Shown here in pieces: positions 19,155-25,764 of a DNA stretch of 25,764 nt (position 1 is its first letter; the number at the start of each line of letters is the position of its first letter). A model generated the notes under the pieces. It had not been told where the DNA came from. It was given only the letters and a program-made list of their open reading frames with translations, and ran no database searches. The DNA is taken from the UHGV virus genome UHGV-0116607; one strand, 5' to 3'. The stretch comes from a virus. Both the position numbers and the translations under genes were made by a program.

Positions 19155-19867
19155 GTATCGATCAAAAGCTTAATTTCGGCAGCAGCATGAATCGTTTTGC
19201 TGAAATAAAGGTCGAAGATGCCCTGCAAAAGGCGGGTAAGGTGCTTCCGGCCAGCGTGGTCAAACAGGACGGAAACATGATCACGGTGGCCTTTGAGTTG
19301 CGCGATATCCCTTATGTGCTTCCTCAGGTCACCGTTCCGTTATTTGGTCCGCAGTATATCCGCTATCCCATGCAGCCAGGCGACAAAGGCATTGTTATCC
19401 CGGCAGATACCTACCTTGGTGGTGTTAGCGGGCAGGGTGGCGGCATTGCTGACCTGACGCCGCCGGCGAACCTTAGCGCGCTGGTATTTTTGCCAATCAG
19501 TAATACAGAGTGGGAAGGCGTCGACGGTCAGGTTGTGACCATTTACGGGCCCGAAGGTGTCACCATTCGGGATGCTGGCAGCAACACAACGTTTTTACTT
19601 ACTCCTGACAGCATAACCATCGCCACTCCAACGCAGTTCAAAGTGACCGTAGGGTCAACAGTTTTCACACTTACGGACGGTATGTGGAATCTGACTGGTC
19701 AGGCAGGGAAGTTGCAGGACGGAACAGCCAGCACAAGCCCGGCGATCATGCACGAGGGCTGGAAGTCGCTTGTTTCCTGGTGCAACAGCCATGTTCACTC
19801 CAACGGAAACGGCGGCAGCAATACCGGGAACGCGACAATGCAATTTAACGGGAATATCACTGAATGA
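19151..19867 (+). CDS. Baseplate central spike protein (gpV-like, putative)
   Basis: 238 aa; ATGA overlap; Gly-rich beta-type sequence; C-terminal HVH motif (NSHVHSNGNGG) resembling metal-binding HxH spike tips; followed by W-, J- and I-like genes. Confidence 0.45.
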   Translation: MSIDQKLNFGSSMNRFAEIKVEDALQKAGKVLPASVVKQDGNMITVAFELRDIPYVLPQVTVPLFGPQYIRYPMQPGDKGIVIPADTYLGGVSGQGGGIADLTPPANLSALVFLPISNTEWEGVDGQVVTIYGPEGVTIRDAGSNTTFLLTPDSITIATPTQFKVTVGSTVFTLTDGMWNLTGQAGKLQDGTASTSPAIMHEGWKSLVSWCNSHVHSNGNGGSNTGNATMQFNGNITE

Positions 19868-20196
19868 GAACCTACGGCAGGAATTCAGATGGTAAGTGGA
19901 CTCTGGTCGAAACAGATGAGAATGGATTCAACGACGCGGTTTACCTGACTACTCTGGTGCAAAATCTTAAGCTTGCGCCGCAGGAGTCTCCGTTCTTCGC
20001 GAACAATGGTATTCCGGCTAACGGATCAGTAATACAGCAGGTATTGCCGACGTATTACGTTAACCGTCTGCAACAACAATTTAGTCCCTACTTTTCATCG
20101 CTACAAATTGCTTTGGTTAGTGATGATCCACCTGTTTATAACATTTCGGCGATAACCAACGCCGGTTCTAAAATTATCACAACGGTGAACGTATGA
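19864..20196 (+). CDS. Small baseplate wedge protein (gpW / gp25-like, putative)
   Basis: 110 aa; ATGA overlap; size and position between spike and J-like genes. Confidence 0.4.
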   Translation: MRTYGRNSDGKWTLVETDENGFNDAVYLTTLVQNLKLAPQESPFFANNGIPANGSVIQQVLPTYYVNRLQQQFSPYFSSLQIALVSDDPPVYNISAITNAGSKIITTVNV

Positions 20197-21611
20197 GTGA
20201 TTTGTCCGTTAGCTATGACGCAGCCGGGCCAGTGCCGAAAACATCCGAAGAGCTGCGCGCCGACTTAGTTTCAAGAGCCACAGAATTATCACCAGGCATC
20301 ACTACGGACCTCCCCGGATCACTTATCGAGGATATCGTCGGTACCGATGTTGGCGCGCTACTCATTGCCGATCAGATTCGTGTCGACCTCATCAACTCCG
20401 TAGGCCCGCTGAAAGCCAATATGTACATGCTGAACCTTCTGGCCCAGCAGTCAGGTATCAGCGAACAAAAAACTCAGGGGGCGACAACTGTACCTGTCGT
20501 GTTTGAGGGCCCGGTCGGCTTCGTAGTGTCACAGGGGTTTCTGGTCAGCGATGGCACGTATACCTACCAGATCGCCGATGCGACAGTGGTGCTGTCTTCC
20601 GGTGTCAGTTCGATGGTAACAGCCATTGCAACAAACACTGGTTCGTGGGCTGTACCGGTAGGATCGGTTAATCAGATACTGACCAGCCTGCCGTCTGGCA
20701 TTACTCTGACCTGCACCAACCCGGTTGCTGGCACCCCAGGTGGTGCGCCTGAAACTAACTTCGAATTTCGCGAGCGCGTCTGGGAAGCTCAGATGTCGAC
20801 TGTTCAGGGATATCCAGGCTTTATCCGCCAGAAATTGACAGACCTGAGTAATGTCCAGGCTCGTCTGGTTTCCGTTGTTCAGAGCGGTAATGCCTGGATT
20901 GTTATGTGTGGCGGCGGCGATATCTATGAGATGGCCGGGGCCATTTATAAGTCAGCCGGCGACATCAGCAGGCTAAAAGGGACTGACCTGAACGTCACCG
21001 GGATCACCAATGCGAACCCAGGAGTAGTAACGACCGACATCACGCACGGATTCAGCTCTGGCCAGGTAATTAATATCGCAGGTGTTACCGGCATGAGCGG
21101 GATTAATAACGTCCCTCTCACTATAACCGTGTTAAGTCCACATACTTTCTCAATAGGCATCAATACCACCTCGTCAGGCGCATGGACTGGTGGTGGAATA
21201 GTTACGCCGAACCTGAGGAATAATGTGGTTACGGTCAACGACTGGCCAGATAACTACCTGATACCGTTTGTTATACCATTTCAGCAACTGGTGACTATCA
21301 AGTTTCAGTGGGCAACCGAAAGCGCGAACTACCTGACAGACGCGACAATAGCCTCTCTGGTGACGCAACCGGTAATCAATTATGTAAACGGGATATTCGC
21401 AGGAAAGCCGATGAATATAAATAACGTCAAAGATGTCTTTCTTCAGGCGATTAACAGCACGCTCGATATGAGCCTGATTTCGACACTGAACGTTATTGTT
21501 ACGGTGAATGGTGTAATCACAGGAGTGGATGCCGGAACTAACATTATCAGCGGCGACCCTTACAGTTACTGGTTCATTGCCTCTGACGGGGTTATCGTGG
21601 ACGGGATATAA
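20193..21611 (+). CDS. Baseplate J-like protein with Ig-like insertion (putative)
   Basis: 472 aa; ATGA overlap; position in V-W-J-I order; contains the shared …HGFSSGQVINIAGVTGMSGINN…TFSIG… domain. Confidence 0.45.
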   Translation: MSDLSVSYDAAGPVPKTSEELRADLVSRATELSPGITTDLPGSLIEDIVGTDVGALLIADQIRVDLINSVGPLKANMYMLNLLAQQSGISEQKTQGATTVPVVFEGPVGFVVSQGFLVSDGTYTYQIADATVVLSSGVSSMVTAIATNTGSWAVPVGSVNQILTSLPSGITLTCTNPVAGTPGGAPETNFEFRERVWEAQMSTVQGYPGFIRQKLTDLSNVQARLVSVVQSGNAWIVMCGGGDIYEMAGAIYKSAGDISRLKGTDLNVTGITNANPGVVTTDITHGFSSGQVINIAGVTGMSGINNVPLTITVLSPHTFSIGINTTSSGAWTGGGIVTPNLRNNVVTVNDWPDNYLIPFVIPFQQLVTIKFQWATESANYLTDATIASLVTQPVINYVNGIFAGKPMNINNVKDVFLQAINSTLDMSLISTLNVIVTVNGVITGVDAGTNIISGDPYSYWFIASDGVIVDGI

Positions 21612-21612
21612 T

Positions 21613-22317
21613 ATGCTTGAAGATATCATTAAGTCTTACTTGTATACGCAGTATAACGACGATGATGATCTCCAGGCGTTCGTCACTGCGTATAACTCCA
21701 TGGCCCAGGAAATTTATTCATGGATGATTAACGCCAACCTTCCGATATTTGTCGGAGGGTATAATGCTGGTGACCAGTTAAAATGGATTGCCCGCGGGAT
21801 TTATGGCGTTAAGCCGCCGGTGCTGGTCAGTGGGAAGCGAACCGTTTACGGCCCTTACAACGCCGTCCTGTTCAACCAGTTACCATTCAATGGCAGAAAG
21901 GTAGTTAATCAGTCAGAGCAGGTTGTCGTTTCAGATGATCTTTTTAAGCGCATCATGACGTGGAATTTCTACAAAGGTGATGGGTATTACTTTACCATCC
22001 CATGGTTAAAGCGTCGGATAATGAGATTTCTTACCGGGGTTGATGGCGTTGACGTCGTTAACGATCAGAGGTGGAGTATTTCGGTTCTTTTTTCTGATTC
22101 TGGAGCGAGCATATCGATCATCAAAGGGTACAGGAAACTCACCGATGCCTCCATGTTCAATAACTTTTCCTACAATTCACAGACGCTTAATCAGAAGAAA
22201 AGCCTTCTGATAAAAAGTACGAACTACGAATATGCATCATTGTTCAAACAGGCCTTTGATAGCGGCCTGCTTCATATGCCATTTTATCAGCCTGTTACCG
22301 TAACCATTATCGGCTAG
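21613..22317 (+). CDS. Baseplate / tail-fibre-proximal protein (gpI-like, putative)
   Basis: About 234 aa from ATG 21613 (one nt after the upstream TAA); the ORF track's longer 21529 start would overlap the J-like gene by 83 nt. Confidence 0.4.
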   Translation: MLEDIIKSYLYTQYNDDDDLQAFVTAYNSMAQEIYSWMINANLPIFVGGYNAGDQLKWIARGIYGVKPPVLVSGKRTVYGPYNAVLFNQLPFNGRKVVNQSEQVVVSDDLFKRIMTWNFYKGDGYYFTIPWLKRRIMRFLTGVDGVDVVNDQRWSISVLFSDSGASISIIKGYRKLTDASMFNNFSYNSQTLNQKKSLLIKSTNYEYASLFKQAFDSGLLHMPFYQPVTVTIIG

Positions 22318-22555
22318 AGTTATCCCGGCGATCTATTGCCATGTCAGTGTAATACTTAAGACACTGGCATATAACAAGCAACATGATAATGGTAAAGAAC
22401 AGAGCGGCGCTGAACTTTATATTTTCAAATGGTGGGATTCCTTCCTGAATCCACATGTTGAAGATTAAAGCAATAAGGAAAGCCGAAAGCAAAATTGTTA
22501 TTGCGCTAACTGATGATAAAAGAAATTTTGTAATAGCAACTGACAGATTATTCAT
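22307..22555 (-). CDS. Small hydrophobic membrane protein (82 aa, two predicted transmembrane helices), opposite-strand accessory gene
   Basis: Only clear minus-strand gene outside the invertible segment; markedly AT-rich; GAGAGGG ribosome-binding site before ATG; hydrophobic stretches LLSSVSAITILLSAFLIALIF and ALFFTIIMLLVICQCL; extended -10-like TGgTAAAAT about 30 nt upstream on the minus strand. Confidence 0.5.
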   Translation of the reverse strand: MNNLSVAITKFLLSSVSAITILLSAFLIALIFNMWIQEGIPPFENIKFSAALFFTIIMLLVICQCLKYYTDMAIDRRDNSSR

Positions 22556-22583
22556 TCTGAAGCCCTCTCTAAAGTTTAATTAA

Positions 22584-22592
22584 TTTTACCAC
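22584..22592 (-). promoter_or_regulatory. Extended -10 promoter element (TGgTAAAAT) for the small membrane-protein gene
   Basis: Minus-strand TGGTAAAAT, about 30 nt upstream of the ATG at 22555; no good -35 hexamer, consistent with an extended -10 promoter. Confidence 0.3.
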
Positions 22593-22597
22593 TAAGA

Positions 22598-22621
22598 ACC
22601 CGCCTTGAGCGGGTTTTTTGT
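22598..22621 (+). terminator. Intrinsic terminator immediately upstream of the tail fibre gene
   Basis: ACCCGC-CTTGA-GCGGGT hairpin followed by TTTTTTGTT; about 20 nt before the tail fibre ribosome-binding site (GGAGGA). Confidence 0.55.
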
Positions 22622-22642
22622 TGCCCAAATCCCGGAGGATAA

Positions 22643-23593
22643 ATGGCACTCACACTTTTAGCTGCCAACAATGCGCAGACTGTGCTGGCGGCAGGAATTA
22701 GCGCATCAGCAACTTCTTTGACTGTTAACTCAGGAACCGGATCACTGTTTCCTGCGCCATCAGACGGAGTAAGTTTTTTTAAGTTAACCCTGATTGATGC
22801 GGCAACCGGGCAACTCACCGAAATCATGCATGTAACCGCGCGCACTGGTGACACCATGACGATCGAACGCGGCCAGGAGGGAACGACAGCCCGCGCATGG
22901 TCAGCGAATGATATCGCAGCAAACATGATGACCGCCGGCACTCTTAACTACATCCTGGACAATTTTCAACCCTTAGATGCAACCCTAACGGCATTGGCTG
23001 GGCTGGCAACCGGTGCAAATAAACTCCCGTATTTCACTGGAACTGATACAGCTGCGCAGACTGATTTAACTTCTGTTGGCCGTGACATTATTGGGAAAAA
23101 TACTATTGCTGACATTCTCACATACCTTGGTTTGGGAGAAGGTTCGGCATTACCCGTTGGTGTGCCTGTCCCGTGGCCTTCCGCCACTCCGCCAACAGGC
23201 TGGCTGAAATGCAACGGGGCTGCTTTTTCGGCTGAAGAATACCCGGAACTGGCAAAGGCTTACCCGACAAATAAATTGCCTGATTTACGCGGTGAATTTA
23301 TTCGTGGCTGGGATGACGGACGTGGTGTGGATGCCGGGCGACAATTATTATCTTCACAGGGGGATGCAATAAGAAATATTGAGGGATTCGCAGATGGCGG
23401 GATCGGCATGTCTTTTGATGCAATCAGAGGGGCTTTTTACGATGCAGGAACACGATCAGCGACAATGGCGAATAACACAACTGCTATAGGCAAAACCGAT
23501 GACCTTGGATTCGACGCCTCTCGTGTCGTGCCAACAGCTAATGAAAACCGTCCACGTAACATCGCCTTTAATTATATTGTGAGGGCTGCATAA
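22643..23593 (+). CDS. Tail fibre protein (constant N-terminal part + invertible C-terminal variable part with tail-collar-like domain)
   Basis: 316 aa; GGAGGA ribosome-binding site; C-terminal region has the tail-fibre collar signature (…GWLKCNGAAFSAEEYPELAKAYP…LPDLRGEFIRGWDDGRG…); a hix/gix-like recombination site lies within the coding sequence at 23115-23140. Confidence 0.8.
   Translation: MALTLLAANNAQTVLAAGISASATSLTVNSGTGSLFPAPSDGVSFFKLTLIDAATGQLTEIMHVTARTGDTMTIERGQEGTTARAWSANDIAANMMTAGTLNYILDNFQPLDATLTALAGLATGANKLPYFTGTDTAAQTDLTSVGRDIIGKNTIADILTYLGLGEGSALPVGVPVPWPSATPPTGWLKCNGAAFSAEEYPELAKAYPTNKLPDLRGEFIRGWDDGRGVDAGRQLLSSQGDAIRNIEGFADGGIGMSFDAIRGAFYDAGTRSATMANNTTAIGKTDDLGFDASRVVPTANENRPRNIAFNYIVRAA
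23115..23140. repeat. Left recombination site (hix/gix-like 26-bp site) inside the tail fibre gene
   Basis: TTCTCACATACC-TT-GGTTTGGGAGAA: two 12-bp half-sites around a 2-bp core; 15 bp (23127-23141) is a perfect inverted copy of 24944-24958. Confidence 0.6.
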
Positions 23594-24186
23594 TGAAACC
23601 TGTTTTTGATGAAAATGGGCTGGCTACAGTACCGGGTAATATGCGTTGTTTTTATTATGAGGCAGTTACGTATGAATATACTGGCTGGTCTGATGAATAT
23701 ATTAATACTGGCGTAAGTATGCCCGCCTGTTCCACTGGTATTGACCCGGGCGAATACATTCCGGGAAGAGTGGCAGTATTTACGGGTAAGGGATGGAGCC
23801 ATGAAGAAGACCATCGCAATGAGACTGTTTACTCAACAGAAAATGGCGTAGCTGTTACAGTGGATTATATCGGTGCCATCAAAGACGGTTATGTCACGCT
23901 TTCACCGTTAACGCCATACGATAAATGGGATGGTGAGAAATGGGTGACGGATACCGAGGCACAGCATAGCGCCGCACTAGACGCGGCAGAAGTAAAGCGC
24001 CAGTCGCTGATTGATGCTGCAATGGCTTCCATCAGTCTGATTCAGCTGAAATTACGGGCCGGGCGGAAGCTGACGCAGGCAGAAACCACCCGACTTAACG
24101 CTGTGCTGGATTACATTGACGCGGTGGAGGCAACAGATACCAGCCCCGCGCCTGATGTCATCTGGCCTGAACTGCCGGAGGCGTAG
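23593..24186 (+). CDS. Tail fibre assembly protein (U-like)
   Basis: 197 aa; TAATG overlap with the fibre gene stop; C-terminus …LDYIDAVEATDTSPAPDVIWPELPEA matches the conserved tail-fibre-assembly C-terminal signature. Confidence 0.75.
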   Translation: MKPVFDENGLATVPGNMRCFYYEAVTYEYTGWSDEYINTGVSMPACSTGIDPGEYIPGRVAVFTGKGWSHEEDHRNETVYSTENGVAVTVDYIGAIKDGYVTLSPLTPYDKWDGEKWVTDTEAQHSAALDAAEVKRQSLIDAAMASISLIQLKLRAGRKLTQAETTRLNAVLDYIDAVEATDTSPAPDVIWPELPEA

Positions 24187-24597
24187 GCCATTCAATATCT
24201 GGCGCACTGGAAGTATCGACCAGTTCCAGTGCGCCAGATAATCCAGCCACAAATTATATTGCACCAGTTCCTCACCTTTCAGGCGACCAATCGCCGCTTT
24301 ACCAGGCCATTGCTTACTGTTTATGTATTCGTTGACCTGATTAATCAATTGCTGCTTTTTCAGTTCGGCTGCGGCAATTTGTTCCTCATGAGTTGGCGGT
24401 GGAATATCAATCCATGCAGGCATTCCGTCGATGACACCTCTGTATTTTCCTTCTGGTGCTTCCTTCATAAATTCGGCGGCAACAGTGTCGTCAATTTCGA
24501 TTCCATCATCGGGCCATTCGCCGGATTCCTGATAAGCGATTTTAAGCTCCACAGGGAAAAACGCATTTTTATCGGCACTGAAAATATATTTCTGCAT
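24052..24597 (-). CDS. Alternative tail fibre assembly protein (U'-like); apparent frameshift near the 3' end (possibly a pseudogene or homopolymer sequencing error)
   Basis: ATG at 24597; as read the frame runs to 24052, but the conserved C-terminal signature LELVDTSSAPDIEWPTPP is encoded in a different frame (encoded at about + 24180-24225, stop near 24160); a single missing G/C at about 24234-24235 would restore a product of about 145 aa. Confidence 0.5.
   Translation of the reverse strand: MQKYIFSADKNAFFPVELKIAYQESGEWPDDGIEIDDTVAAEFMKEAPEGKYRGVIDGMPAWIDIPPPTHEEQIAAAELKKQQLINQVNEYINSKQWPGKAAIGRLKGEELVQYNLWLDYLAHWNWSILPVRQILNGLRLRQFRPDDIRRGAGICCLHRVNVIQHSVKSGGFCLRQLPPGP
24196..24240. repeat. 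17-bp perfect inverted repeat with 11-bp spacer at the convergence point of the two tail fibre assembly genes
   Basis: TATCTGGCGCACTGGAA (24196-24212) … TTCCAGTGCGCCAGATA (24224-24240); lies just downstream of the U-like stop and inside the 3' coding region of the minus-strand U'-like gene. Confidence 0.7.
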
Positions 24598-24599
24598 TT

Positions 24600-24958
24600 C
24601 TACCGTCCTATCGAAATATAACTGAATCTGTATTGCTGTGAGATATCACTGGTTGCCACACGCCACGCTGAATTACTGATATGTTCAAAATTTACAGACA
24701 AAACCTGCGGGGCAGGACTCGACGGGTCTGACTGAACGGCATCAGACATAACACTGACTGAAACCATCGGCTGATTAGGGAATGGTATAGGGAAGTGTCC
24801 ACTGATAAAGCGGGTCGTGTTTCCTGAAAAAGTGCCAAACTGAACAATATATCCACCTGGTAGCCTGAACCATCCCGAACCAGAAGCGAATGCTCCCATA
24901 TCCGGTATCTGATTATCTCCTGTGCCCACATCCCTTTTCGCCGCTTCTCCCAAACCAA
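24600..24958 (-). CDS. Promoterless alternative tail fibre C-terminal cassette (S'v-like), expressed only after inversion
   Basis: Minus-strand ORF in frame with the fibre constant region across the recombination site (…GLGE|AAKRDVGTGDNQIPDMGAFASGSGWFRLPGG…); stop 2 nt before the U'-like ATG; no start codon or ribosome-binding site of its own. Confidence 0.6.
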
Positions 24959-24970
24959 CCTTTTTTATAA
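24945..24970. repeat. Right recombination site (hix/gix-like 26-bp site) upstream of the invertase gene
   Basis: TTCTCCCAAACC-AA-CCTTTTTTATAA; from memory closely resembles the hixL-type consensus; inverted relative to the left site. Confidence 0.6.
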
Positions 24971-25000
24971 CCATCAAAAATCTGGTGATGCTTCGCCGTT

Positions 25001-25023
25001 TCTCCTGTTTTCATAACAGGAGA
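25001..25023 (+). promoter_or_regulatory. Hairpin / palindrome covering the invertase ribosome-binding site
   Basis: TCTCCTGTT (25001-25009), loop TTCAT, AACAGGAGA (25015-25023); the 3' arm contains the Shine-Dalgarno AGGAGA, 7 nt upstream of the ATG. Confidence 0.4.
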
Positions 25024-25029
25024 AATCCC

Positions 25030-25578
25030 ATGATTTACGGTTATGCCCGAGTATCAACAAACCACCAGGACACTGAATTGCAACTAACGGCGCTCAAGTC
25101 AGCGGGTTGTGAGAAAATTTTTGAAGAGCATGCCAGCGGGAGGAAATCGAATCGGCCGGTTCTAAAACGGCTGATCGCCACTATGCAGCCGGGGGATGAA
25201 CTGGTGGTCTGGAAGCTGGACAGGATAGGCCGCAACGTTCTGCATGCGCTGTTGATGTTCCAGCAGTTACAGGAAAAGGGTATCAACTTCCGCAGTATTA
25301 CCGATGGCGTGGATCTCAAAACAGCCAGCGGCCGCTATAACTTTCGTAACATCCTTTCCGCAGCACAATATGAATCTGATCTTAATAGCGAACGTACCTT
25401 AGCAGGGCTGGCCGTAGCCAGGGCAAAAGGGCGAGTTGGTGGTCGCAGGCCTAAGTTCACGGATGAGCAATGGCGGGAAATGGGGGAGCGGATGGCAACC
25501 GGTGAATCACGACAAAGCGTATCAAAAACGTATGGAGTAGGGCTCTCAACTCTGTATAAAAAGTTTCCAGCTAGCTGA
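25030..25578 (+). CDS. Site-specific DNA invertase, serine recombinase (Hin/Gin/Pin/Cin family)
   Basis: 182 aa; N-terminus MIYGYARVSTNHQD with the catalytic Ser in the resolvase/invertase motif; C-terminal helix-turn-helix (…SVSKTYGVGLSTLYKKF); adjacent to the invertible segment. Confidence 0.9.
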   Translation: MIYGYARVSTNHQDTELQLTALKSAGCEKIFEEHASGRKSNRPVLKRLIATMQPGDELVVWKLDRIGRNVLHALLMFQQLQEKGINFRSITDGVDLKTASGRYNFRNILSAAQYESDLNSERTLAGLAVARAKGRVGGRRPKFTDEQWREMGERMATGESRQSVSKTYGVGLSTLYKKFPAS

Positions 25579-25599
25579 TAACGGGAAAGAAACAGAGAA

Positions 25600-25640
25600 G
25601 GGCACAAATATTGTGTACTTTAATGTGCCCTTTAATTTAT
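25600..25640 (+). terminator. Putative terminator after the invertase gene
   Basis: GGGCACA-(17 nt)-TGTGCCC followed by TTTAATTTATT; long loop, so moderate confidence. Confidence 0.35.
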
Positions 25641-25764
25641 TGATTGGTGGTTGAATTGTTCGTAACTTTTTGATTTAAGTGCAAATTTCTAATAAATTAG
25701 AACACTTTCTTAAAAGACTTTCTCTTCCAGAACTTCTCTAACCTGTGTTATTATTAACACAGAT

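Larger units (their letters stand above)
23115..24970. mobile_element. Invertible DNA segment (Mu G-segment / P1 C-segment type) encoding alternative tail fibre C-termini and their assembly chaperones
   Basis: Inverted 26-bp sites at both ends; contents Sv (fibre C-terminus) + tail fibre assembly gene on the + strand, and a second assembly gene + promoterless alternative fibre C-terminus on the - strand; serine invertase gene immediately adjacent. Confidence 0.65.

Noticed and set aside
21529-21612. Longer N-terminal extension of the gpI-like gene starting at 21529
   Set aside because: Would overlap the J-like gene by 83 nt; ATG at 21613 sits one nt after the upstream stop, consistent with the tight coupling seen throughout this operon.
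22246-22266. Hairpin CAGGCC-(9 nt)-GGCCTG as a minus-strand terminator for the small membrane-protein gene
   Set aside because: Short stem, weak U-tract and located within the coding sequence of the + strand gene; cannot be distinguished from chance.

Overview
This window reads as the late (lysis + morphogenesis) region of a tailed prophage with a contractile tail, almost entirely on the + strand. Order: lysis cassette (holin, GH24 endolysin, overlapping Rz/Rz1-like spanins), an orphan low-GC gene, small and large terminase, portal, head morphogenesis, a Nudix-domain/scaffold-like fusion, capsid proteins, sheath, tube, chaperone pair, tape measure, a baseplate module in P2/Mu-like order (spike, W-like, J-like, I-like), then a tail fibre gene whose 3' end lies in a roughly 1.8 kb invertible segment (alternate fibre C-terminus plus two tail-fibre-assembly genes) next to a Hin/Gin-family serine invertase. 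No tRNA, rRNA, CRISPR array, integrase or transposase was seen. The most interesting items are: (1) the orphan Cys/His-rich gene with a long structured leader between lysis and terminase; (2) the perfect Nudix box at the N-terminus of a scaffold-like head protein; (3) a small opposite-strand membrane-protein gene inserted just before the tail fibre; (4) the invertible host-range switch, including an apparent frameshift in the silent assembly gene, a 17-bp perfect palindrome and a hairpin over the invertase ribosome-binding site. All product calls rest on motifs, size and gene order read by eye; no database search was run.
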